Assembly: GCA_964016885.1 (NCBI GenBank) | Contig: OZ024753.1 | Coordinates: 22,940,001-23,004,000 of the forward strand | Length of the DNA: 64,000 nt | Direction of reading: 5' to 3' | DNA from: Eledone cirrhosa | Lineage: Eukaryota | Shown: positions 12,338-25,834 of the stretch, piece after piece | Numbering within the stretch: position 1 is the stretch's first letter | Layout of the letters: each line of letters begins with the position of its first letter | The notes under the pieces: model-generated | What the model was told of the DNA's origin: nothing | The model's input: only the letters and a program-made list of their open reading frames with translations | The model's database searches: none | Position numbers and translations under genes: made by a program

Positions 12338-13886
12338 CAATATATAACAGTTTTACAAATAGACATTGACGTACCCTTTCAAAAAGGTGACCGTTGTTTT
12401 TGGAGGCCATCCGGATAGTGGTTTGTTTACTTTAGTAAGTCATAGTGTTAAGAGTAAGTAAAAAGATGGAGAGAGAGAGAGAAACGTGGAGAAAAGAAAG
12501 GGAAAGATAGATAAAGAAAAAGAAGAAAGCAAAAAGAAAAGAGAACAGAGGAAAAATAACGGGGAGATATCAAAACATCAGACAGAGAAAAGCCCAAGAG
12601 AGAGATATGCATAGATAGAGAGAGGGGGGAGAGAACGAAAACCTTAAGTTATGTTATATTAAGTTGAGTTAACAATTGAGATGAAATGAATAAATAAAAT
12701 TAGAAATATTAATATTCGTGAATGGAATATAGATATATAATATGAGAAATTACACATTGTTTAATTATGATTATATATTTAGTTTAAAATTGAGATCAAT
12801 ATATTAAAAATTGGAATTTAAACACTACAAAATATATATATTGCTAGAGAAATTATCTATCGTATATCACATATACATAGACAAAGGTACATAAATATAT
12901 ATATATATATACTCACTCACTCAGAAAATACACATTATATCTACATCCGCACACAATGTATACATACAAAGCATAAGTGATTTTTTATTTATTGCTATAC
13001 ACTCCTTGTGTTATTAATTAAAATTTTTTAGTATATATCTACAAATATATAGGATTAACTTTTCTGCATTTATGGCTGTTAAGTTATGTATATCTGCAAT
13101 CAAAAACTGCATGTGTAAGCCTGTATATTCACACCCATAATTCTTAGCTATACATGAATAGATATGTGTGTGCATCTTCAATTGGTATACACGCGTCACT
13201 CATGCATATATACAGACAGACATATAATCACAAAAAACCTATAACATGTATATGTATGTCAACCCACACATATAGATACATAAGCCGTACATAGACATAA
13301 GTATACATCAACATATAACATAGTACAATTGAGTATATAAGATAAAAAGGATTATAATTATATCAATATAACTTAAAAGGCAAACGAATTCTACAAACAT
13401 CAAAATACTAAAATATCCCAAAATATTATAGAATATTTCAAGTTAAAATAATATGTTTAATATATTTAGCATAGAAATTTATCTTACGTATATTTTAATC
13501 AAGACATTGAGAGGACAAACTTTTGAAAATTATGAGAAGCTATCAGAATAAAAAAATAAATCTAATAAAAATTATGAGAAGCTATCAGAATAAAAACAAA
13601 ACTAATAAAAAATAAAAAATAAAATGAATCTAATAAAAAAAAATGAATCTAATAAAAAAAAAAAAAAAAAATAAATAAATAAATAAATAAAATGAATCTA
13701 AGCTAAAATAATATGTTTAGTATAGAAATTTATCTTACGTAAATTTTATTCCAGATATTATATTTATTTATATTTATGAAGAAAATTTATACTTGGGTAC
13801 TTAACCAAAGAAAATGAAAAAGGTGAAGGAATCTAATGATTTATCGACAGGTTTCTTATATTAACTAAATTATTTAATTAATTAAA

Positions 13887-15782
13887 CTACATTTTAAATT
13901 TATATTTATATTTAAACGTTGAGTTCAATCTATGTCTGCAGCAACTGAATAAATTATTTCTTAAATTAAGGGAATTTTTGGTCTTTAATATAAAAAATAT
14001 TTCCTCTATACAAAGATCACAATTTTCAGAAGAGGATTTAAAAGGAGTAGCTTTTGAAATAATATTCCAAAACAACGAATATTCAACATTATCTCGTTTT
14101 AGGTCCCATAATAGGCTAGATAGCGAAGTTGAAGATTTTTTGTTTGGATCTGTAAAAGAATTTTTATGATTATTGAAGCGGGATTTAAATTCTGTAGAGG
14201 TAGAACCGACATAGTTAAATGAATTTAAATTAGTTTTAACATTACAATTATAAACTACATTTTTAGCTAAGCAGTTGTTATTTAACGGACAGTTTGATTT
14301 ATTTCTACAGTTACAGTTATTCGATTGAATATTTCTTGGATTATTATTAGTATTTTGGTTAGGTTTTAAATTTCTATTATTAATTCTATTAATATTTTGC
14401 GCTAAATTTTTGGTGGAAGAGTAAGTTAATTTTATAGTATGTCTATTAAAAATTGAGTAATATTTATGTGTTCTAGGGAAACGTTTGTCAAGAGCTTTAA
14501 AGAATAGTTTAGCAATAGGGGTTTTAATATTTAGTGAGGAAGGAGAAGCGAACCATAATATATTCCTAGTTCTATTTCTTTTTTCGGCTTTTGGAGTTAT
14601 TGTAATATTTTCTATTATAGTTGTTGAAATTGTTACCATAATTAAAGTTGTTATTATTTTGGTTATTTTGTATATTATTATTATTATCGATGTATTTAAT
14701 TTTATTTCTATACCCAGCTCTACCTAATGCTTCGTTGTAATAATGCGCTTTTTTATCAAATATATTCTTATTGGATGAAATTCTTGAGATTCGTTCTTGA
14801 ACCGAGTTCACTATAGTATTTTTAACGGATCTGGGGTGATTAGAGTTAAAATTGACATAATTTAAGTTCTCATTTAGTTTGTGAAATGGATAATGAAGAC
14901 ATGTGTTTAGATTTAGTGTTACATCTAGAAAATTGACTATTTTATGGTTATTCTCTATTTCTACTTTTAGATTAAGGTAATTAAAAAATTGTATAATTTG
15001 TTTTCTTTTTCTATTTAGTTCACAGCTATTATTTTCTATAAATAAAAGCATGTCGTCACGATATAAGCCTCCAGTTACCCCTGGTATTTTTCTATGTAGA
15101 GAATTAATTATAAAAAGGCCCACAAGGTCCGTTACCTGAGCTGAGTCTGAAGATCCCATAGTTATATCGAAATTATTATTTCTATCTGCCCTAGTCCAGA
15201 GTTGGTTATTAAATTCTATTAATGTTTTCCGTGCCGATAATATATTGTGCATTTCATTGCTAGTTAGGTCTGTATGTTTAAATGCGTAAGTTAGTGCCTT
15301 ATTTAGTAGATTAGGAGTGATAGATGAGTAGTAGTTAGCAATATCCAACTGAATAAACTTATTATTATAGTTATATTTAATTTCTTTAAACCAATCGATA
15401 ACCTCACTAGTCCCTTTCCATAATTTTAAGTAAGATAAATTAGGTAAATTCTTAATTTGTTGTATTATTCTATCTAGAATATTTTTGCTAAGTCTGCCCA
15501 GGTCAGATTTAGATGGTGCAATTAATCTGACTGGTAAATCATTTTCAAAGTTTCTTTTATGATCCTTCATATTGATCTTAGGTTTCCTTGGCATGAAAGT
15601 TTGTGTTTTATTTTCAATGTCTAGTTCATGCATTATACAAGAGGCATCTGTATTCAGTTTTTCAAGTTCGTCCTTATTTGCTACTCTATATTTCTTCCTT
15701 AGTTCCTTCAATAAAGGTCGTTATAAATGCCCTTTTGTATTCCGTAAAGATTATTAGTTTTGTTCGACTTGACTTGAACTTT

Positions 15783-15786
<4 letters not shown>
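13887..15786 (-). pseudogene. PLE RT + GIY-YIG polyprotein, 5'-truncated and frameshifted
   Basis: KDHK, FIQLDIANYYSSI, FDITMGS, GGLYRDD, VNFLDVTL, SNHP; then CNCRNKSNCPL (CxCx5C), VVY...YVG, FKSRFNNH, CDLC. Confidence 0.92.
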
Positions 15787-15827
<41 letters not shown>

Positions 15828-15876
15828 AAATAATGAATAAAACAATGAAACAGTTCTTTATATTAAACAAAAAAAG

Positions 15877-16030
15877 TTCATTATTTAACGATCGTTTCTA
15901 GGATATATATGTGTTAGAATTGGCATGCATATTCAACAGATCTATGTACAAAATTATACAAAATTATACAAACTATCAAAATTAAATATACATACCAACA
16001 CATATATATGCCGTCTACAGAAATAATGAA
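15877..16030 (-). ncRNA. Hammerhead F2, core-mutated copy (CTGTAGA)
   Basis: Same as 25835-25988 but with A6 changed to T. Confidence 0.7.
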
Positions 16031-16628
16031 ATATATTTATTGATAATAACAACAATTCAAAATTACAGGTCTGTTTGGGAACAGAGTTCAAATTGACCAA
16101 TGAAAACACAAAAAGTTTATACAGTTAGGTGTATGTATATATGTAAGTAACTTCGTTCACAGATATGCATAAAAATATATATGTTCACATGCATACGCAT
16201 GCCGAAAAGATGTATGTAAATACAAAAAATCCAGGGCTAATGTCTCTGTATGTTTATAATCTACAGATAAAATACGTATACGCATATAAACATATAAATA
16301 TAAAAATAAATATATACACATTCATATACTCACACATATACATACATTCACACACACACGCGCGTATACGCATAAACATACACACAACTACGAACATACA
16401 TACACACACACACTCACACACACATATATGTGTATATACCATTATCATAAGCATATGGACATTAATGCGCGCACATAAACACTGCCACACATATTTAGAT
16501 CCAGATACAGAAAGTAGGTGGGGGGGGGGGGGAGAGGTCAGTATTCACCGGTGTCAGCAAACTGCCTATCTATAAATGTATCTATAAATTTAGAAATAAA
16601 AAGAAAAAGAAAAAAGAAAAATATTAAG

Positions 16629-16663
<35 letters not shown>

Positions 16664-16909
16664 AAGTAAAATATAAAATATACATCGATATACATACATA
16701 TACACATATATACATATATATACACACACACCTATATACATATACATACATATACATACACACACCATATAAATACATATACACATACACACACGCATAC
16801 ATATAGAGACACATACATATACACATATAAATACATAGACATATACATATATACACACACACACATATATATATATATACACACATACATATATATATAT
16901 ACATTCACA

Positions 16910-16951
<42 letters not shown>

Positions 16952-17009
16952 CTATACACATATATAAACACACTCATGTATATACACACATACACATACA
17001 TACCCACAC

Positions 17010-17078
<69 letters not shown>

Positions 17079-17123
17079 CACACACACATACATACACACA
17101 TATACACATACACACATACAAAG

Positions 17124-17154
<31 letters not shown>

Positions 17155-17182
17155 TATAATATAATAAATATATATATATATA

Positions 17183-18303
17183 TATTGACTGTTGAATTGC
17201 TCTGTTATATTTAACCATTCTGTCGAGAGCTTTATTCGATTTGTGATATTTTGCATTCTCGCAATAATACACAACTGAATCATTCGCTTAATAGAGGTGT
17301 TACCTCCCTTGCTGAATCCCACGAGGGGTCAGTAATAGCCACACTATCTATAGCATCTTGGAGCAAAACCCGTTGATAACACGACTGCCTTGTTCATCAT
17401 CTCACCAGAAGCCCAACATTCTTTATGTAGGCGGACAGTACCTGATTTGGAGTCGCAGAAACCAATACTGGATTTTACCATCAGTCCAGGGTCCGGGAAA
17501 GTATCAACACATATATTTTTATTGTTTGACCCGAATTATTTGGTCGTTTTGTTTTGGCTGTGCGGATGATATGTTTAACCATCATCTCAGTGTGTTTGGC
17601 CCTTAACGTATGTTGTAGCTCTGATTCATATGATTCATCGAGCGCTTGCCACACATATCGGACGTTGATTTTCGTTAATTCCTGAGCTGAAAACGATTCT
17701 CGCTAATTTGTATTTGTATTAATCTCCAGAGTCTAGCTATTGAGCAGTTAATTTTATTGATTTTTTCAGTTACTTATATTGACTGTTGAATTGCTCTGTT
17801 ATATTTAACCATTCTGTCGACAGCTTTATTCGATTTGTGATATTTTGCATTCTCGCAATAATACACAACTGAATCATTCGCTTAATAGAGGTGTTACCTC
17901 CCTTGCTGAATCCCACGAGGGGTCAGTAATAGCCACACTATCTATAGCATCTTGGAGCAAAACCCGTTGATAACACGACTGCCTTGTTCATCATCTCACC
18001 AGAAGCCCAACATTCTTTATGTAGGCGGACAGTACCTGATTTGGAGTCGCAGAAACCAATACTGGATTTTACCATCAGTCCCGGGTCCGGGAAAGTATCA
18101 ACACATATATTTTTATTGTTTGACCCGAATTACTTGGTCGTTTTGTTTTGGCTGTGCGGATGATATGTTTAACCATCATCTCAGTGTGTTTGGCCCTTAA
18201 CGTATGTTGTAGCTCTGATTCATATGATTCATCGAGCGCTTGCCACACATATCGGACGTTGATTTTCGTTAATTCCTGAGCTGAAAACGATTCTCGCTAA
18301 TTT
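17183..18303. repeat. Tandem duplication with a 594-bp period, inserted in (TA)n
   Basis: Duplicated ORFs at 17358 and 17952 are offset by 594 bp and nearly identical. Confidence 0.92.
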
Positions 18304-18304
18304 A

Positions 18305-18356
<52 letters not shown>

Positions 18357-18579
18357 TATATATACACATACATACACATACATACTCATACATAGACATA
18401 CATATATACACACACACACATACACACATACATATACGCATATATACACATACATACACATATATACATATATAAATAGAGATACATATACACATATAAA
18501 TATATACACACATACACACACACACACATATACATACACATACATATACACATACATACATATACACACACACATACAT

Positions 18580-18674
<95 letters not shown>

Positions 18675-18855
18675 AAAAATAAAGAAATAAAATAAATAAA
18701 TAAATAAATTAATTAATACACACAGTCAGACAAATATGCACACACATACATATACACATATATATACATACATATATATATATATATACATACATATACA
18801 TACATATATATATATATATATACACATACACACATCAACTACAAATATATCTATA

Positions 18856-18944
<89 letters not shown>

Positions 18945-19025
18945 AAAGTTATAATTAAATTGTTGGGTTACAACTAGTAAATATTTATAACTGATATAAA
19001 AGCACTCAAGTATTTGGAGTATATT

Positions 19026-19326
19026 TACGATACTAAATAAATGGAAACTACATCTACAAAACCACATCTATTTCATCATACATACCCCAGGGACATCACA
19101 CTAACAATATGTTATGCCCTCCCCAGACAAAATACTGCCAAATCAACTTTTAAAATACAAGTCGATGTTGAACGGTATGTCAAATCTATTTATTTATAAA
19201 TAAAACTGTCTATATTGTATTTTGTCTGAAGAAGGCACAACACACCGTCAATATGACATCCCTGAAACATATATAATGAAACAAATATGGCCCTACAAAT
19301 ACAGCCTCCATTCATTCAATATCGTA
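19026..19326. repeat. 110-bp inverted pLTR (F3) repeat with strand-polarised transition hypermutation
   Basis: Arms 19026-19135 and 19217-19326 align without gaps and differ by 34 transitions, no transversions; homologous to 12232-12340. Confidence 0.92.
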
Positions 19327-19327
19327 T

Positions 19328-19378
<51 letters not shown>

Positions 19379-19525
19379 CACACACACTCACATATACATG
19401 CGCACATACGTACATATATACATATACACACATATACACATAGACGCATACATGCGCATACATATACATACACACATATACCCACATAAATACATAGATA
19501 CATATATATATATACATATATATAC

Positions 19526-19620
<95 letters not shown>

Positions 19621-20646
19621 ATCATACACCCTTATTTACATGCGCACATATGTATTTTTATACTCACATACAAACACCCAAACATACATACCTACCTACA
19701 TATACATACATACATCCACGCTTACAAATACAAATAATAATAGGGGGGGGGGGGTTATAGTAAATATAGGTTTCAAGAAATATAGAATATTAATCTGCAT
19801 TTAGATCATAATATGTGTTTACATAGTAGTTTCAGTATTAGGAAATGTAAGAAAGAAGGCAAAATTATGCATTTTAATATAAGTAGACTATTAATTATAG
19901 GTTAACTAAATTAAAGATAGTTAATATATTGATTTCTAAGGTGTATACTACTTAGGTTTATAATATTTGAAGCGGAATTTTGAAGTTAAATAGTAGTAGA
20001 GTATTAACTATAGTATAACTAAATTAAAATTATTAACGTTATGGTATCAATATTAGGAAATTAATTTAGTAATAGGGAAAAAACCAAATAAAATATTACA
20101 TCGGTAGTAGAATATAAATTATAGGTTAACTAAATTAAAAATTATATATTAATTTCTATAGTATATGTTAATTAGGTTTATAATAATTAAAACAGATATT
20201 GTATTTTATCTATAGTAGAATATAATTATAGGTAAACAGAAATTAAAATTAATATATACACATATATATATACACATATATAAATATATATATATATATA
20301 TATACATATATACATACATATATATATATATATATACACATATTTTTTCAAAAATTGCAAAGAATATATTAACTAGGTATACATCCAAAACCTATCTCAG
20401 TCTATGATTACATGACACTCTGCAATCCATCTGTATTAGGATTTTAATTTTAAGCCAATTAAATTAAATTTTTAGGTTAACCAAATTAATTTACGAAGTA
20501 TATATTAGTAATATTTAAAAGTTTTTCACAATTTATGATTACACAATATTTTATAATCTCATCTGTAGTAGAATTTTAATTAAATTAAATTTATAGGTTA
20601 ACTAACATTTAAATTAAATTATATATTAATTTCTAAAATAATGTTA

Positions 20647-21435
20647 TTAATTAGGTTTATAATATTTAAATGTTTTTCTTAGTTTATGATTACACGATAT
20701 AATTAATTCCTGTCGTTTATTTAATAGGATATCCTTAGATTTCATTATTTCAAATAGTTCTTGGGAACATAATCTACATTCATTTCTATTATTTTGATAA
20801 GGGGTGGCTCTTTTGAGCACACTCCAGGTCATATCATATTCTATATTCTTATTTTTATAACTATTGGTTTTTTCTGCTAGAGATGTTGTATTAGCCAGTG
20901 CGGCATTTTTAAAACTATGTTTGTGGGTATTAAACCTTACCTTAAAATTGTTAGAAGTAGCTCCTATATATGAGCAAATAGAATCTTTAGTTTTAACATT
21001 ACATTTATAAACTATGTTGTTAACAAGACAATTTCCTTTTAATGGGCAGTTTGCCTTGTTTCTACAGTTACAACCTTTCGTTAATTCTGTATTTGAGGAG
21101 ATATTATGGTTAGTTTGATGTATTGGTGGTATACTTATGGTATTCTTACATTTATATGCATTATAGGCACTTATATTTTGTTTTATGTTATTGGTTGTTG
21201 AATATGAGAATTTAACTGTAGACCTATTTAAGATTTGATGGTATTTGTGGTTTGGCGGGAAGTTTTTCTCTAGGATATAAAAAAATTTTTTAGCAATATT
21301 ATCCTTAATTTGTAAATTAAATGGAGCATTATACCAAGTAACTCGTCTATTACGGTTTCTATGTTGTTTATTATTTTTATAGGTTGTATCGTGATGTTTA
21401 CTAGGAGGATTAATGTTAATGATCTCACCACGCAC
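20647..21435 (-). CDS. PLE C-terminal part: CxCx5C motif + GIY-YIG endonuclease
   Basis: VTWYNAPF, CNCRNKANCPL, IVY...YIG, FKVRFNTH, CRLC; lies in the +1 frame relative to the upstream RT ORF. Confidence 0.85.
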   Translation of the reverse strand: MRGEIININPPSKHHDTTYKNNKQHRNRNRRVTWYNAPFNLQIKDNIAKKFFYILEKNFPPNHKYHQILNRSTVKFSYSTTNNIKQNISAYNAYKCKNTISIPPIHQTNHNISSNTELTKGCNCRNKANCPLKGNCLVNNIVYKCNVKTKDSICSYIGATSNNFKVRFNTHKHSFKNAALANTTSLAEKTNSYKNKNIEYDMTWSVLKRATPYQNNRNECRLCSQELFEIMKSKDILLNKRQELIISCNHKLRKTFKYYKPN

Positions 21436-21493
21436 ATTTTTAGTTAGATTTATAGATTTAGGTGTTTTATCTTGTTTATTAGGAGTTTTATTA

Positions 21494-22993
21494 TTAACAT
21501 TTATTAGAGCTGTATGATGAGTAGTTTTTTGAGTTCATTTGGTGTTTGCTGGTAATATTAGGTTGTATGTTTATAGTATTTTTAGTAGAAGGTATATATT
21601 CTAATCTATTTTTGTGGCCACTTCTATCTAGAGCTTCGTTATAGAAGGTCGCATTTTTATCAAATACATCTTGGTTAGAAGAAAGGTTAGAAATTCTAAG
21701 TGATATATTATATGCAAGGTTTTTAAGGATAGATTTAGGGTGATTAGATTGTGAGTGTATGTAGTGTAAGTTTTGGTTGGGTTTATGGTAAGGTTGGTAG
21801 ATACCCGTAGCTAAGTCTAAAGTTATATCTAGGAAATTTACTACTTTACTTGTTTTTTCAAAAGTAATATGAAGACTATAATAGTCTTTAAGGAAAGTTC
21901 TAATATGCTTTTTGTTTTTTTCTATTTCTGAAAGGCTAAGGTTGTTGGAAAGAAGAAGACAGTCATCACGATATAAACCACCTTTAAGGTGGGGAAAGGA
22001 GGCATTTATGTTGAAAAGGAGAAAGAGGCCCACAAGATCAGTAATTTGGGCGGAATCGCTTGAACCCATAGTAATATCAAATAGATTACTATATGTGTTT
22101 CTGGTCCAGTATTCATTCTGAAATTCAATAAGTGTTAGTCTAGCATGTGTAATAATATTAATGTCATCCAAAGTTAAGTTAGATCTATTTTTAGCAAATA
22201 TCAATGCTTTGTTCAGGAGTATAGGTGATATAGAAGAATAGGAATTATCTATATCAAATTGTAGAAATGAAGCAGAAGATTTACATCTAATATTTTTAAA
22301 CCAGTTAATTACCTGGGAAGTGTTTTCCCAGAGTGGTAAATTAACGTGTTTTCTTATTTGTGGGATGACTCTATCCAACATTTTTTTGCTAATTATTCCA
22401 ATATCAGATTTGGAGGGACATATAAGTCTTATAGAAGGATTTGAGTTAAAGTTTGATTTATGATCCTTCAGGTTGAAGTGTGGTCTTTTCAATGCCAAAG
22501 GTTCAGTTCTATCTTCAATGTTTAGTTTTTTTACTATGTTGTGTGTTTTGTTGTTGATGTTGGTGAGTGACGCATTATTAGATTTTTTATAATTTTTCCT
22601 GAGTTCTTTATATATGAACTCATTATAATCTTCAATATCCATGTGATACAAGTTACCAGTTTTGTCCGAGTGGACATGGATTTTTTTAGAATTTTTTAGG
22701 TCCAATAGGGTAGAATCAAGGTCTTTTTGAAAGACAGATTTATACTTCTTAAATTTGAGGTGTTTAATTAAATTAAAAAGGTCTTTCTCAAAGTCTTCAA
22801 GCAAAGAGTTGTGTGGTGGATTCTTGTAAGTATTGAAATCATACATATATTTCCTATCTGCATATTTAGATTTTTTATCGAAGTGGTAGGCCCTCCATCT
22901 AACTCTTCTGATAAATTGGTTAGTTTTTTGAATCATAAGGAGTAAGAAGTCATCCTTAGAAGGTATTGGTATGTTCTTTAAAGAGGTTCCCAA
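21494..22993 (-). CDS. PLE reverse transcriptase (499-aa open frame)
   Basis: SLKNIPIPS, SDKTGNLY, KDHK, FDITMGSSDSAQ, GGLYRDD, VNFLDITL, SNHP. Confidence 0.92.
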   Translation of the reverse strand: MGTSLKNIPIPSKDDFLLLMIQKTNQFIRRVRWRAYHFDKKSKYADRKYMYDFNTYKNPPHNSLLEDFEKDLFNLIKHLKFKKYKSVFQKDLDSTLLDLKNSKKIHVHSDKTGNLYHMDIEDYNEFIYKELRKNYKKSNNASLTNINNKTHNIVKKLNIEDRTEPLALKRPHFNLKDHKSNFNSNPSIRLICPSKSDIGIISKKMLDRVIPQIRKHVNLPLWENTSQVINWFKNIRCKSSASFLQFDIDNSYSSISPILLNKALIFAKNRSNLTLDDINIITHARLTLIEFQNEYWTRNTYSNLFDITMGSSDSAQITDLVGLFLLFNINASFPHLKGGLYRDDCLLLSNNLSLSEIEKNKKHIRTFLKDYYSLHITFEKTSKVVNFLDITLDLATGIYQPYHKPNQNLHYIHSQSNHPKSILKNLAYNISLRISNLSSNQDVFDKNATFYNEALDRSGHKNRLEYIPSTKNTINIQPNITSKHQMNSKNYSSYSSNKC

Positions 22994-23358
22994 GTATTAT
23001 TTTTCCATTGTGATATGGATGATGGACAATTGAAACAGCTCAACTAAATGTATATGGGTTTACAAAATCATACATATATATGTATATACATAAATATAAA
23101 ATTAACACACACATACAGTACAAAAATACGAATATTTCCGTGAAAATAGGAGCAAAATTATGTAGATAAATCTACCAAGAGTTTACGGTAGTGTCCAATC
23201 CGTATGAAGAACTCAATGTAATCCGGATATCATGGAAAGAAGAGATGCAATGAAAAATCACTTTCGGTGAAAGATAAACGGAATACAGAGTCAAGATAAA
23301 ATATAAAAAAAATAATGAATAAAACAATGAAATAGTTCCTTATATTAAACAAAAAAAG

Positions 23359-23512
23359 TTCATTATTTAACGATCGTTTCTAGGATATATATGTGTTAGA
23401 ATTGGCATGCATACTCAACAGATCTATGTACAAAATTATACAAAATTATACAAACTATCAAAATTAAATATACATACCAACACATATATATGCCGTCTTC
23501 AGAAATAATGAA
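23359..23512 (-). ncRNA. Type-I hammerhead ribozyme with long stem II (F2), upstream of the RT ORF
   Basis: Stem I TTCATTATTT/AAATAATGAA; CTGAAGA; GAAAC-GATC-GTT. Confidence 0.8.
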
Positions 23513-24108
23513 ATATATTTATTGATAATAACAACAATTCAAAATTACAGGTCTGTTTGGGAACAGAGTTCAAATTGACCAATGAAAACACAAAAAGTTT
23601 ATACAGTTAGGTGTATGTATATATGTAAGTAACTTCGTTCACAGATATGCATAAAAATATATATGTTCACATGCATACGCATGCCGAAAAGATGTATGTA
23701 AATACAAAAAATCCAGGGCTAATGTCTCTGTATGTTTATAATCTACAGATAAAATACGTATACGCATATAAACATATAAATATAAAAATAAATATATACA
23801 CATTCATATACTCACACATATACATACATTCACACACACACGCGCGTATGCGCATAAACATACACACAACCACGAACATACATACACACACACACTCACA
23901 CGCACATATATGTGTATATACCATTATCATAAGCATATGGACATTAATGCGCGCACATAAACACTGCCACACATATTTAGATCCAGATACAGAAAGTAGG
24001 TGGGGGGGGGGGAGAGGTCAGTATTCACCGGTGTCAGCAAACTGCCTATTTATAAATGTATCTATAAATTTAGAAATAAAAAGAAAAAGAAAAAAGAAAA
24101 ATATTAAG

Positions 24109-24145
<37 letters not shown>

Positions 24146-24334
24146 AAGTAAAATGTAAAATATACATCGATATACATACATATACACATATATACATATA
24201 TATACACACACACCTATATACATATACATACATATACATACACACACCATATAAATACATATACACATACACACACGCATACATATAGAGACACATACAT
24301 ATACACATATAAATACATAGACATATACATATAT

Positions 24335-24365
<31 letters not shown>

Positions 24366-24393
24366 CACATACATATATATATATACATTCACA

Positions 24394-24447
<54 letters not shown>

Positions 24448-24505
24448 CTATACACATATATAAACACACTCATGTATATACACACATACACATACATACC
24501 CACAC

Positions 24506-24572
<67 letters not shown>

Positions 24573-24617
24573 CACACACACATACATACACACATATACA
24601 CATACACACATACAAAG

Positions 24618-24658
<41 letters not shown>

Positions 24659-24667
24659 TATAATATA

Positions 24668-24710
<43 letters not shown>

Positions 24711-24935
24711 TATATATACACATACATACACACATACTCATACATAGACATACATATATACACACACACACATACACACATACATATACGCATATATACA
24801 CATACACATCCATGTATACACATATTTTTTCAAAAATTGCAAAGAATATATTAACTAGGTATACATCCAAAACCTATCTCAGTCTATGATTACATGACAC
24901 TCTGCAATCCATCTGTATTAGGATTTTAATGTGTG

Positions 24936-24970
<35 letters not shown>

Positions 24971-25160
24971 ATATATGTATATGTCTATGTATTTATATGT
25001 GTATATGTATGTGTCTCTATACGTATGCGTGTGTGTATGTGTATATGTATTTATATGGTGTGTGTATGTATATGTATGTATATGTATATAGGTTGGTGTG
25101 TATATATATGTATATATGTGTATATGTATGTATATCGATGTGTATTTTATATTTTACTTG

Positions 25161-25240
<80 letters not shown>

Positions 25241-25834
25241 CTTAATATTTTTCTTTTTTCTTTTTCTTTTTATTTCTAAATTTATAGATACATTTATAAA
25301 TAGGCAATTTGCTGACACCGGTGAATACTGACCTCTTCCCCCCCCACCTACTTTCTGTATCTGGATCTAAATATGTGTGGCAGTGTTTATGTGCGCGCAT
25401 TAATGTCCATATGCTTATGATAATGGTATATACACATATATGTGTGTGTGAGTGTGTGTGTGTATGTATGTTCGTGGTTGTGTGTATGTTTATGCGTATA
25501 CGCGCGTGTGTGTGTGAATGTATGTATATGTGTGAGTATATGAATGTGTATATATTTATTTTTATATTTATATGTTTATATGCGTATACGTATTTTATCT
25601 GTAGATTATAAACATACAGAGACATTAGCCCTGGATTTTTTGTATTTACATACATCTTTTCGGCATGCGTCTGCATGTGAACATATATATTTGTATGCAT
25701 ATCTGTGAACGAAGTTACTTACATATATACATACACCTAACTGTATAAACTTTTTGTGTTTTCATTGGTCAATTTGAACTCTGTTCCCAAACAGACCTGT
25801 AATTTTGAATTGTTGTTATTATCAATAAATATAT

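Larger units (their letters stand above)
12232..15786 (-). mobile_element. 5'-truncated Penelope-like element (Naiad-type)
   Basis: RT + GIY-YIG ORFs, ~1.6-kb 3' region ending in a hammerhead, TA on both sides. Confidence 0.9.
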
